A stretch of 64,000 bases of DNA from Mantamonas sphyraenae STR306 (Eukaryota; Protista; CRuMs): contig JAPMXV010000062.1 in assembly GCA_026936335.1 (NCBI GenBank), positions 1 to 64,000 of the forward strand, in the 5' to 3' direction. Shown here one piece after another: positions 23,966 through 36,100 of this stretch; positions within the stretch are counted from its first letter, which is position 1, and the number at the start of each line of letters is the position of its first letter. The notes below the pieces were generated by a model. It was not told where the DNA came from and did not search any database. It saw nothing but the letters and a program-made list of their open reading frames with translations. The translations under genes were made by a program, and so were the position numbers.

Positions 23966-25502
23966 CTATTCCTTGTCGTCGCTCTCTCCGGGTACCCAAC
24001 GATGCAACGTGCTCAAACACACCTTGAACTTGCGAATGCACTCGGGCGACTCCAGCTCAGCCTCATCCAGCTCTGGGCGCAACACGTACACAATCAACAC
24101 GCCCTTGTTGACGCCTTCTGCAACTCTGTTTAGCGAATGCACCCGCAGCCAGTCCAACTGGCTCCGAGCACTGCCCTCCTGCTTCCCAGTTTTGGCGTCC
24201 ACCTCCACCACAGCGACCGAGTAGCTGTGATCCGCATGTCTGTGTGTCAGTGTGCCTGTCACCCATCTCCCGAACCCCCCCCCCCACACACACACACCCC
24301 CCGCCCCTCCATCTCTCCGTTCACCAACACCACATTCTCCTCAAACTCCCAACTCACTCGGAATGCGTGTATACCGGTCCTTCCCGGTACAAGATAAAGT
24401 CGGTGCCAAACTTGATCCCACTCTTCACCACCCACCCCTTTGCGCGAAGGTAGTGGTACGCCACATAACGACACACAAACCGCGACACCGCATCCCTGCA
24501 CCTCCGCCACAAGTCCCCCAGCCCAATACGCTCCCCACTCGTCTCGCAGATCTCCAAACAGCCCAGCGCGTATGCAAGAAAGTATGCTTCCTCCAGTCCA
24601 AGCTGAAGCATCTCAAGCATCTTCTCCTCGGGTCCCAGTTTGCCAGGCGAATTCAATGCCTCCTCCTCCTCCATCACGTTCCCGTTGCTCAGCCACTGTA
24701 CTCCATCCCCTTCTTGCCACACCAGTGGCTTCCACATCAGCAATGCCTCCTCGTTGTCCAATGGCCCCTTGCCCAGCTCCGCAAGCCGCCGCCGCAACGA
24801 GTACACTTCCTCGTCAATCTGTGTCTCAGCCTTCAGCTTCTTCTTCAAATTGTTGACTGCCATCCTCTTGCCAGCGCGCTTCCCCGCAGGCCCTCCTCGT
24901 TCCACCAGACCCGCTCCGACTTCTGGAACGCTGCGACTCAGTGTGCCCTTGCCAAAGAACCCCTTACTAAACAGCTCGTCCATCGCCTTTGGTTCGTCCA
25001 CCCACACGGCATACCCTGCAAACACCCCTTTAAACCTCTGCGCCCCGTGCGCTTCGTAGATCAGGCTCGTTTCCACTCCCTCGCGCATCTCCGTCTTTGC
25101 CTCTCCCTCACGCGCCCCAGACACGTTGCTACTGCTGTGTACATCGCCGCCCTGTGCCACTGCGTCCATTGCAGCCAACAGGTTGGTGCCCTGGCCCTCT
25201 TGTTCCCCAGAGTCCTCCACACGCTGTCGCTTGCGCGCCAGAGGGTGTCCACTGCCCGGCAGCACCACGTCCTCCTCCAGCGCGAGGCCAGGCAGCACCA
25301 CACGATCCACAGGCGTACGTGTGCGCTTTCTTTTCAACGACCTCACCTCGCCCGCCTTGCTCAGCCTGCCCGACCCCTGTGCTTCCTTTGCTGCTCTCTT
25401 TACACGCTTTGACCGCTGCTGCTTCTTTCCACGCTTCCCCTGACTCTCATTTCCGTCCTCCCTTCCCTCAAACTGCTTCTCCTCACCCTCTCGCGTGCTC
25501 AT
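23966..25502 (-). CDS. TSEN2: tRNA-splicing endonuclease subunit SEN2; intron 24225-24357
   Basis: GFFGKGTLSRS, LQLGLEEAYFL, YHYLRAKGWVVKSGIKFGTDFILYREGPVYTHS|DYSV and NRVAEGVNK. Confidence 0.92.
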
Positions 25503-25760
25503 TCCGTGCAAGAGGCAAAAACTGGTTGCCGTGGCGCGCCTGCGCTTCTTCCACCAACCCCTCACGCACGCCGTCCACCCGCAACCCTATACAGCGAACC
25601 ACACGTGCACACACACACACACAACCACACATGCAGTCCCAGTCGATCCGCCAGCTGCGCAACGTCTCGGGCGACGCCGTGATCTTTGACAAACATCACG
25701 ACGGCCCCGGGCAGCCGGCCCAAACCACTTCTGGCAAGAACCAGCAACTGCTTGGAGAAG

Positions 25761-28261
25761 ATGCCATCGAAGCCTCCAACTCTGTGGCCGACATGGACCT
25801 TCAGTCGCCTGGCACCACCATCAACGGCCTGCCAAACGTCGCCACCCAATGTCGGTTCAACGTCCGGCCTGCAAAAGACACCCGCCACACGCAGCACAGA
25901 AAGCTCCAGCAGTGGCCCTGAGCACGACGTCAATGTCTTTGCTCCTCACACAGAAGACAGCGACGGCGAGGAGGAGCAGGATCTTCTGCACGAGCTGTTT
26001 GACCTCCTCGACGAATCTCGCAACGACATCCTTACTGCCGTACGTTTTCACCGTGCCTTCCCGCTACTCCATGGCCCGTCCCCATCCTCGCCATGCACAC
26101 ACACGCACGGCCATGTCCAGACCCAGCCCTTTGCAGCACACGCTTTCCTTGCACATCTCTTGCTCGTCCTCGTTTGCTCTGCCGGTTCGCCGGCAGCCGT
26201 TTTCGGAGCTCGCTGCGGACTTGCCCTTTCTCTCGCCCAGCATACGCTCACGCCACACGGCTGCCCCACACGCGCGTCGCCACAGTCGGAAATCGAGCAC
26301 ACTCTGTCCTATTACGGCCTCAAGGCCCTTGCACCGGCCTTGTTCAAGCCATTTGCCGACTCGGAACTGGACGACGGCATTCCGCGCCAGAGTTTCATCG
26401 ACAAGCTTGCCACAAACATGGACGTGAAGAAGATTGTGGCTGCCTTCCACAACAACCTCGTCATTCCCAAGTTTCGACAGTTCTGCGAAACCATGGTTGA
26501 GCTCTACGATGAGGTGGCCCCCAACGACTTTGGCAACAACAGCGACCGCGTCCCGTCCCTCGTCCGCGCAGATGACTACTGGGGAATGTCCATCTGCACT
26601 GTGGACGGCCAGCAATTCACCTACGGCGACGGAAACGTGCCCTTTACCGTCCAGGAGTGTGCCCTGCCCCTCCTCTACGCCTCCGCACTCGAGGAACACG
26701 GGTTGGACTCGGTCCACTCCCGCGTCGGCGTCGAGCCCTCTGCCGACGACAAGTATTCGTTCAAGTTGCTCAACCGCAACCAACCCTACAATCCCATGAA
26801 CATCGCAGGCGGTATCCTCACCTGCAGCATGGTCCAGGACACCAAGCCGCCCGACGAGCGTTTCCGCGTCGTCGACAACGTCTTTCGCCACATGGCCGGC
26901 AACGGTGGCCACATCAGCTTCGACAACAGCACATTTCTCTCGGAAAAGAACGTCGGAGACAAATGCTACGCCCTCGGCTACAACATGCGCAGCGCGGGCT
27001 CCTTTGCAAGCAACGTCCAGGCAAAAGACGTGCCCGACATCGTCGACTTTTTCTTTCAGACCCAGTCCATCGAGGTTGACTGCGAGTCCTTGGCCATTAT
27101 GGCCGGCACCCTGGCCAACGGTGGCGTCTGCCCACTCACGCATCAGTAGGTGGAACGCCCTGTCTCCGCCGTCGCTTTGCCCGCTAGTCACGCACCCTCA
27201 CACCCAACACTCACACCCACACACCCACACACCCACACAGGCCCGTTATCTCTCCAGAGGCCACCAAGAACACCCTTTGCCTAATGTTCACCGCCGGCAT
27301 GAACGACTACTCCGGACAATGGGGCTTCCAAGTGGGCCTTCCTGCCAAGGGCTCCAGCTGCGGCGCCATCATGGTCGTTGTGCCCAACGTCATGGGCCTT
27401 TGTGTGTATTCCCCCCGCTTGGACCCCCGCACGCAGGCAAGCGTTCGTGGCACCGAGTTTTGCCAGAAGCTTACGCGCCGCTTCAACTTTCACATCTTTG
27501 ATCAGCTCGTATCCGGTGTCTCCACCAAGAAACAGAATCCAGGGGATTCTTCGGATAACCAACAAGTCGTCCCGTCGCCCCTGGCCTCGCCCCCTTCCGG
27601 CAAGCGCAAAATGTCCTTTGCTCAACGCCCGCAAAGCCGTACCGTCCGCTACGGCACCCCCGTCGAGGATGACGATGATGCAGACAGTAGCCACGGAGAC
27701 GCAGGAGATGCAGGGGCGCAGTCGTCCTCCACTCACTCTGCCTCCAGGTCACGCAACGTCCAACTCCGCCACGAGTCTCCGCTTGACTCACCCAAGGTGC
27801 CCGGCTCCAATTTCGACAACATGGAGCCTCTGTATCTCGAGGAGACACCCAAAGAGAGCACGCAGCGCACAATGACCAGCAGCGCCAGCGCAAGCAGCAC
27901 CACCAGCATTGGCAGCACAACAAGCACAGGCAAGAAACGACGCCCCAAAAAACAGAACAGCGGTGCAAGCGGCAAGACAACCACACGTTCAAGCGTACAC
28001 GATACGCACAGGCAACAGGACAACGTAGCCAAGAAGCCACCCAAGGGCACGTCCACAACCACCACGACCACAAGCAAGGCTCGCAAGCAATCGGGAACCA
28101 CCAGCAGCAGCACAAACTCCTCGTCCTCCACTCTGGCCAGCAAGTCGCAGCAGGCAACCTCCCCAACGAAACAGTCACCGAGATTCCTTCCGCCAAGCGT
28201 AATCTGGAGGACTCCATGTTGCCCGAGATTCCGTCGTCAAGGCGGTAGACGTGCCAATTGA
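25761..28261 (+). CDS. Glutaminase-like protein with an N-terminal EF-hand-like region and substituted catalytic residues; introns 26040-26285 and 27146-27240
   Basis: WGMSICTVDGQ, VGVEPS, TLANGGVCPLT, GLPAK and VVPNVMGLCVYSPRLD match animal-type GLS. Start is uncertain (25631 or 25761). Confidence 0.88.
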
Positions 28262-28343
28262 AAACGATCGCAAGGACCCCTTTGCCCTTGGCTTTCCCCT
28301 CTTCCCTGTCCTTTGTCGTTCTTGCTGTGGCTGGCGCGCAACA

Positions 28344-30413
28344 ATGACGCTGCCTGTGACGTACCTGGGGATGGCGGTGTCCATTGCTGGCAACTTGCTC
28401 ATCTCCATCAGCCTGCTCCTGCAAAAGTACGCCCACATTGAAAACTCAAAGGTTCCTGAGTCAAGGCGTGCACCGTACTACAAACAGCCCACCTGGGTCC
28501 TCGGCCTCATCCTCATGGTTGCTGGCGAGTTTGGCAACTTCTTTGCCTTTTCGCTCGCTCCCGTCTACCTCGTCGCGCCTCTCGGTGCCGGTACGTCCCG
28601 CATGCCACAGCCCTATCCGCACGCCCTGTGCCCGCGCTGACATGGTCTCTCCATCTTCACTCCCCCATCCCCGCTTCCTCTCTGCCCGCAGTGTCTGTCG
28701 TGGCCAACGCTGTCCTCGCTGCAAAGTTTCTCGGCGAGACGATGCGCAAGCGCGACGTCGTCGGCGTCGCCATGGTTGTCGACGGCGCCACCATCATTGT
28801 TCTCATGGCCCCTCATGTATGTCTCTCTGACCTGCGTTTCCCTTCCGCGCATCCGTGCATCATGTTTCCCATTCTGTGACGCTCACCCGCCCCAAACTCG
28901 ACGTTGCCGTTTCCGGCCACCCTTTCTCACCGCCCCATTTCAGAGCGACGAAAAACTCAACATCCAGCTCCTGTACGACTACCTGTCTGCACCCACCTTC
29001 ATTGTGTACATATCCCTCCTCCTTGTTGTCACAGCCGTGCTGGTTGTCCTCGGTAAGCTCTCCATGTGTGGCCGTACGAGTCGCGTGGACGCGTGCGACC
29101 CTTGTCCCACACACTCGTCAATCTCCGCTCCCAAACATGCCCCTGTGCTCACCTTGCCACCCTTCCTCCCCCCCCGTCTCCCCCCACCTGCAGACAAGCG
29201 AGGGTACGGCTCACAAAATTGCGTGTTGCGCATCTGTATCTGCTCGCTGTTGGGCAGCATTTCCGTGATGTGCAGCAAGGGCGTGTCCACGTTCCTTCTG
29301 CTCACATTCAAGGGCACAAACATGTTTGTGTACCCAATCACCTACATCATGATCGGGGTGGCTGCTTTCACCCTGATCACCCAAATCAACTACCTCAACA
29401 AGAGCATGGAACGGTTCGGCGCCTCCGAGGTGGTGCCCATCTACTACGTGCTGTTCACCCTGAGCTCCATTGTCGGCGGCGTCGTCCTCTACCGCGAATT
29501 CTACCACATGGGCATGGTACGCGTGTTTGGCTTTGTCGGCGGCTGCATCCTCACCTTTTCGGGCGTCTACCTGATCACGAGCAACAAGGAGGTCGCCGAA
29601 CCCATCCTTGATATGCAAACACAAGACACAGAGGCTGCTGCCACGGGCGACCTTGTCAGCGACGACACCATCCAGGCCACTGTCAAGACTCCTCTGATCG
29701 AGAGCGATGGTAAGCCAGCCGCAGCTGTCCGCTCGGGCAACCACGCACTGTCGATTCGCTCCCGCCACAACGAGAACCTGCTCCTGCTCGACCGAGCACG
29801 CACCCGTCTCATGAACTGGTGTGTCCTGCAATTCCTAATTTCCACCCTCTTTCTCATCATCGGCATCCAACGCGTGTCCAATCCCGTGCCCACCGACGCC
29901 AGCGACGTCTCCAGCTGGAGCCATCTCGGCGAGTTTTACATTGTGTTTGGCTCGATCGGTCTCGTGGTGGGCATGGTGGGCATGTATGCGGCGCGTCACA
30001 CACACTCCAACGCCGCTCGCTACTACCTGTATGGCATGATTGTGCTTGTGGCGGCGTTTGTCATTTTCGCCTTTGTCAGCGCTGTCCAGTTTATCTTTAG
30101 CAGCTGCCCGACGATCGAGGAGGACACCGGTGTGTCCAAGAGCGAGGAATCCTTGGGCGTGTGTCAAACCGCCAAGGGTGTTGTGTTTGTGCCCATTGTA
30201 TTGCTTGTGGGCATCACCTGTCCGGCCTGCTGCTGTGCAGGGTGTTGGTTTTCCATTACCAACCTCCTCGACCGCTTGGCAGACCACAACCGCCTCCTCA
30301 GCCGCCTCTCACTCGGTGTGCACAGTGCCAACACTGTCACGCAGGTGGCAAGCATCGAGTTTGCCAAGCGCGAGCGGCGGAACACCACAACCAGCAGCAT
30401 TGGAAGCGTGTGA
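28344..30413 (+). CDS. NIPA-family Mg2+ transporter with an extra C-terminal 4-TM domain; introns 28591-28691, 28817-28943, 29053-29193
   Basis: WVLGLILMVAGEFGNFFAFSLAP..LVAPLGA, ICSLLGSISV and QINYLNKSMERF..VVPIYYV. All three introns restore frame. Confidence 0.9.
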
Positions 30414-31927
30414 TGTCGAAACGAGCAGAACACGACCACGACGACGCAATGGACGACACCACCCAAGAGGTGGACCACAAACGCCAACGTTCCACACCCT
30501 CGTCGTCGTCCAACTCACGCGTCTTGCTGAAGAACAACGGTCCAGGGGAGACGGCTCCGTTCTGCCACCATTGGCTGGGCCATCGTCGCCGATACTGTGG
30601 CCAGGAGCCTCTGAGCACGGGTGTGCTGTGCGGACAACACGTGAAACACCGCATTGACAGCAAAACGGGCAAAAAGCACAGCGAACGAGTGCCGTGTCCG
30701 CTGTATCCGGGCCACACGGTGTCGCGCAAGCGACTGAAAGCCCACCTGTTTGTGTGTCCGCACAGGCCGCGGGAACACACGCTGCCGTTCTACAACAAGG
30801 ACATCAACGTGCTTGGTCTGTCCTCTAGCTCTTACGTTGGTGAGGAGGGCACAGAGGGCGACCCACAGAGCGAGGAAGGCGAGGAAGGCGAAGGAGACGA
30901 CAACGACAAACACAACGAGGCAGCCGCGGCCAAAGCGGCTCACTACCTCCACCGGGTGCCGCGGGAAGAGTTTGACGCCATGCGGGAGAAAATAGAGAGG
31001 CTGTGGCAAGAGCTGGATGTGGGTGGGCAGATCGTAACCAGCGTGGTGGAGGAGGAACACCACCTTCCCGATGCGCTGAACACATTGGACAGGCAGAAGC
31101 ACCTACGCCAATGCCATGCCATTGTCAAGAACATGGACGCGGTGGGCCTCCTCTCCAAGGAGCACTGCTACGTGGAACTGGGCGCCGGCAGGGCGTTGTT
31201 GACCCTGACGGTGGGTGCTGAGCTGGGTGGCGTTGACGCAGTTGTGGTCGACCGCCAAGCTTCGCGTACAAAGGCGGAAAACAAGATGGCAAGCCTGGAC
31301 GAGTCGTGCCAAACTCGTCGCTACCGCGTGGACATCAAGGACATGGACCTGCGCAAGCTCAAGGTGCCGTTCATCGACGGGAATCAAACAGGGGAAGGTG
31401 GACGAACGGTGGTGGTGACTGGCAAACACCTGTGTGGAGCCGGCACGGATCTGGGGTTGGTGTGTGCGCTGCGAGCAGCCAACGGTGGAGACGCCGGAGT
31501 CGACAAAGAGTCAACCACGGACAGCGAGGAGGGCACACACGTGTCGCGAGTTCACGGCATCGCCATTGCCGTCTGCTGCCACCACGTGTGTAACCATGCG
31601 ATGTACGTCAACCCAGAATATGTGGAGAGCACTCTGGAGCTGGACAAGGAGGGATTTCAGCTGCTGACCAAGCTGAGCAGCTGGGCGACGCTTGCCAAGA
31701 AGACGCTGCTCAAACACGGCCCCAATGCAGAAAACGAACGGGTACAGGGGATGAGCTTCGACGAACGCCTCGATTATGGGCGCAAGTGCAAGCGACTGCT
31801 GGATTGGGGCCGTGTTCTGCATCTGCGCGAGCAGGGATTCGAGGCAGGGCTGGTCGAGTACTGCGAGCCCTCGACATCGGTGGAAAACGTGATGATTGTG
31901 GCATGGCGGGCACAAGATGCACAGTGA
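30413..31927 (+). CDS. TRMT13: tRNA:m(4)X modification enzyme TRM13
   Basis: CCCH and CHHC zinc fingers (RVPCPLYPGHTV...HLFVCP), ELGAGRA, DIKD, KHLCGAGTD, CCHH and RLLDWGR. Confidence 0.93.
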   Translation: MSKRAEHDHDDAMDDTTQEVDHKRQRSTPSSSSNSRVLLKNNGPGETAPFCHHWLGHRRRYCGQEPLSTGVLCGQHVKHRIDSKTGKKHSERVPCPLYPGHTVSRKRLKAHLFVCPHRPREHTLPFYNKDINVLGLSSSSYVGEEGTEGDPQSEEGEEGEGDDNDKHNEAAAAKAAHYLHRVPREEFDAMREKIERLWQELDVGGQIVTSVVEEEHHLPDALNTLDRQKHLRQCHAIVKNMDAVGLLSKEHCYVELGAGRALLTLTVGAELGGVDAVVVDRQASRTKAENKMASLDESCQTRRYRVDIKDMDLRKLKVPFIDGNQTGEGGRTVVVTGKHLCGAGTDLGLVCALRAANGGDAGVDKESTTDSEEGTHVSRVHGIAIAVCCHHVCNHAMYVNPEYVESTLELDKEGFQLLTKLSSWATLAKKTLLKHGPNAENERVQGMSFDERLDYGRKCKRLLDWGRVLHLREQGFEAGLVEYCEPSTSVENVMIVAWRAQDAQ

Positions 31928-31978
31928 ATTTCATCGTGTTTTGGTTCTTTCAAAGATTGCATTGTGCGTGGTGGTCAG

Positions 31979-33083
31979 TCAGTCGGGTGACACGTGCGTT
32001 GTGTTGTTGTTGACAACAGTTATTTGGTTCCTCGTCGGCGATTTGAACGGAGACGAGGATGCTGAACTGTGATTGCTTGGTGATGACCTGGCGGCGGAGG
32101 GATTGGATGAAGCGACAGGCTGTACATGAGTGGACACGGGCCTGCCCATTGGGGCACCAAAGGCCGTGCGGACAACCGGGACCGTTTTGGCCGTGCTGTC
32201 GATGGTATCGAGGGCCCCGAGATCGGCCACCAGCGATCGGGCACAGTAAGCGCATGCGCCCTGTGTGGTGTACGGAAGCCAGTGTGAGCTGTGCAAAGTG
32301 GAGCTGTGGGCGTGGGAAGGGTTGCAAACGTACGCCGATAAGCATAGGAAGCACGATGCCGACCATGACCTGCAGCACAATATATTCCGTTTTGTTGCTT
32401 CGGCACCGCTGTGGGGCAGGTGCAGAGGGTGTGTTGCGCGTCAGCTCCGCAGTTTCGAGTGCAAAATGGGGCGGCGAGTGGGACACGTACGGCATCGCCG
32501 CAGACGACCAAGGCGGCGTCGATGATGGTGATCAGAGCCAGAACCATTTCGATGGCAGCAAACGTAAGCAACATGTACATATACTGCGGTGGCGTGGTCA
32601 ATGGAGGGTGGAAAGAGGGGGATGTGAGCCCGTGCGAAACGACACGGAGAAGGCGACGGAAACGGTTCGGCGAGTGACGTACCCAACGCGCCAGTGTGTT
32701 GTCCTCGCGATAACTTGCGAGGATGCCCATGACTCCTGTGATCATGGCGACCAAACCGCCGACAAACTGCGGCCAATAACTGATGAGATTGCTCGCAAAG
32801 ACGAGTACATAGATGCCGCCGATAATCTGCGGATTGCCTCGTGGTGCCACGTTCCACAGAGAGAGCATTTGCAAAGACCAACGCGCAAAGAGAGACGTGT
32901 GAGAGTGCGGCAGTGGTGGGCGGTGGAGAAAGTGTCGATATGCTGTTGGCATTGTGGAGGAGCGACGGCATGTCGCGATGCCGAGCTTGTTTCGCCACGT
33001 ACAAGGACAATAGAGGCAAAGATGCGCACACGAAACGAGGAACGCTCAAGTTGGGAGAGCACCAGTGCCTTTGAAGCGCGCAT
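31979..33083 (-). CDS. Small 4-TM membrane protein; introns 32827-33002, 32584-32682, 32409-32490, 32261-32333
   Basis: Four GTACGT...CAG introns join in frame to give four hydrophobic helices followed by a Cys-containing segment. Confidence 0.7.
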
Positions 33084-33165
33084 GGAGCCGTGGACTTGCC
33101 TGCGAAAGGTGTAGGCAGGCGGGAAAAAGGCGTTGGCCCGACGGCCGGCAACGAAACCGGAAGCC

Positions 33166-36100
33166 ATGAGCGGCAAGGAGATGGTCGAGGCTATTGCCGA
33201 CTACGAGGCAACCGATGAGGGTTTCCTGAGCATCCATGTGGGTGACCGGATGGAAATCCTGGCCCAGGATCCGAGTGGTTGGTGGCAGGCGTCGTTCAAC
33301 GGGAAAGTCGGCTACGTGCCGTCGACGTTTGTTCAGCTTATCCAGGAAGACGGCGAGGCAGCGCTAAGCGAAGAGGAAGCAGCCAAGCGTATTCAATCGA
33401 TTGTGCGAGGAAGGCAGGCACGCATGGCTGTGGCAGAGAAGAAAGAACTCCTGTCGCGTGTGGCCCCAAACAAGAGCCTTCCCGAGCTTGAACAGAGCGC
33501 CACAAAGATCCAGGCTGTGTACCGTGGGCGCAAGACGCGTAAAGAGATGGGCAAGACCAAGTCCAGTGGGGCATCAAGCAGCGGCGGGGTGCAGAACCCG
33601 CGCAAGGGGGACGGGAAACGGTATGTGATCGCAACTTACGACTATGCGTCTCAAGGCGACGGCTTTTTGGAGCTGAAGAAGGACGAGGTGTTTGAGCTGG
33701 TGCGCGAAGACCCGTCAGGTTGGTGGGTGGGCAAGTCGTTGAAGAGTGGTACAGAGGGTTGGGTGCCCTCATCCATGGTGTCCGCGTACGAACCGCCTGA
33801 AGAAGAGGGCGCCAAGGAAGTGGCCGTTAGTTCGTCGAACGCCGCAAGCGATATGTACCGAGTACTCAGCGACTACGACAGTCAGGGAGAAGGCTTTCTG
33901 GGCATTAAGGAAGGTGACTTGATCAAGATTACATCCAAGGATGACTCTGGGTGGTGGCAGGGCGAGCTGAATGGAGCTGCAGGATGGGTCCCCTCGTCAC
34001 TGCTCGAACAGGCTCCGAATGCACCCAACTCGACCGGAGAAGACACGAGCGCACAGAAGAAGCAAGAAGAAGAGGCTGCCGCTGCCAAGAAGAAGGAGGA
34101 GGAGGCTGCAGCTGCCAAGAAGAAGGAGGAGGAGGCTGCCGCTGCCAAGAAGAAGGAGGAGGAAGCTGCCGCTGCCAAGAAGAAGGAGGAGGAGGCTGCA
34201 GCTGCCAAGAAGAAGGAGGAAGAAGCTGCAGCTGCCAAGAAGAAGGAAGAGGAGGCTGCAGCTGCCAAGAAGAAGGAGGAGGAGGCTGCCGCTGCCAAGA
34301 AGAAGGAGGAAGAGGCTGCAGGGAAGCAGGAGGATGAAGCGGCAGCTGCCAAGAAGAAGCAAGAAGAGGAGGCTGCAGCTGCCAAGAAGAAGGAAGAGGA
34401 AGCCGCTGCCAAGAAGAAGCAAGAGGAGGCTGCCGCTGCCAAGAAGAAGCAAGAGGAGGAAGCCGCTGCTGCCAAGAAGAAGGAAGAGGAAGCCGCTGCC
34501 AAGAAGAAGCAGGAAGAGGAAGCCGCAGCAGCCAAGAAGAAGAAGGAGGAGGAAGCCGCTGCTGCCAAGAAGAAGAAGAGGAAGCCGCTGCCAAGAAGAA
34601 GCAGGAAGAGGAAGCTGCTGCTGCCAAGAAGAAGCAGGAAGAAGAAGCCGCTGCTGCCAAGAAGAAGCAGGAGAGGAAGCCGCTGCTGCCAAGAAGAAGC
34701 AAGAGGAGGAACAGGCAAAGAACAAGTCGGCGTTGGAGATTGCCGAGTCCCGCTCAGGCACCACCACGTCCTCATCCTCCTCTGGCTCGTCGCTGGATGA
34801 GGCACTGCCCATTCTCAAGGCTGCCTACGCGCGCCTGAGTTTGGGTGACGCGGCTGCGCTGCGAGAGATTGCCGCGATGAACAAACCACCCGACGCTGTC
34901 AAACAGGCCTGTGGTGGTCTCATGGTCCTCCTGGGACAGGACTTTTCCTGGACGTCCACCAAGAAGCTTCTGTCGAAGCGCAAGGAGCTTGCGGCCATGA
35001 TTGACCAAGTGGACTTTGCCAAAGTGACACCCGTCACACTGCGCAAGCTCAAGAGCCACCTTCACGGTCTGGACGAGGCCCACGCCCAGTCTGTGAGCAC
35101 CGCCGCTGTTACGATGTTGCGTTTGTGTCAGGCCATCCAGGACGGCGCCACACTGGCCCAATCGCTGAAGGACGATGGCGTCAAGGTGCCTCCGCGCAGC
35201 AAAATTGCCCCCGATGCGACCTGCTTGCCTGCTGGCGCCTCGTCGTCGTCGGGGACACCCAAACGCAAGGGAAAGAAGAAGAGCGGCAAGCGCAAGGCCA
35301 GCAGTGGTTCTGGTAAAAGCAACGAGGACGAGGACGAGCACGAGCACGTGGAGCTGGAGATGACCACCGAGGGCCTGGTGGCCGGCCTGTCGTTGCCGGT
35401 CAAGGTCAAGGTCATGGATTCTGCTTTGCGTGTGTTGCAGAAGAAGCCGGCAAAGTATCCGGTGACGGTGGATCACATCAAGGCCATCTTGGGCGTGCTT
35501 GGACGACGCACCACAGACGGCGAGGTGGACAAGTTTGTGCGCGACGGCAACACCGTGCGTGAGCTGAACAAGGTCGACCCAGACTGGTATCTCAAGACAA
35601 AGAGCAAGCACCACATGCTGGTCAAACTGCTCCAGCCTCACAAGGACATCGGTTACGAAGAGCTGGGCAAGCGCGAACTGCACGATCTGCTTCCACTCGT
35701 GGCGTACGCACGCAAGCACGTGCTGGAACACCCTGTGGACAAGTCTGCAGCGGGAACCACCACAACCGTGCGCAAACTGAAGAAGAAGAAGCCCAAGCAG
35801 GAGGGCGAACTCCCGCCGCTGACAGTAGACACGTCGCGTCCGGCTTCACGCGGGGGTTCCTGGGGTAAGGCAGGCACAGGACGCACCGGGTCCGCATCTT
35901 TCTCGCCTCGCAACCGCTCCATGGCCAACAGCGGAAGCAGCAGCAGCACCGGAAGTGGCAGCGGAGGAGCGGCGTCGGCTGGCTCAGCGCCGTCGCCTCG
36001 ACGACCAAAGACCACAGCCAGTGGCAAGCGCACAAGCAAAAGCCCACGCAAACCAAACTCGGGTGCAAGCAAGGGCGCAGCCGGATCGGAAAGTCCGCGT

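Noticed and set aside
25631-25921. Short ORF MQSQSIRQ... upstream of the glutaminase-like gene as a uORF or separate gene
   Set aside because: Cannot be distinguished from the true N-terminus displaced by another frameshift error.
34055-34712. ~30-bp repeats as a CRISPR array
   Set aside because: No unique spacers and no cas genes; it is an in-frame coding minisatellite in a eukaryotic gene.
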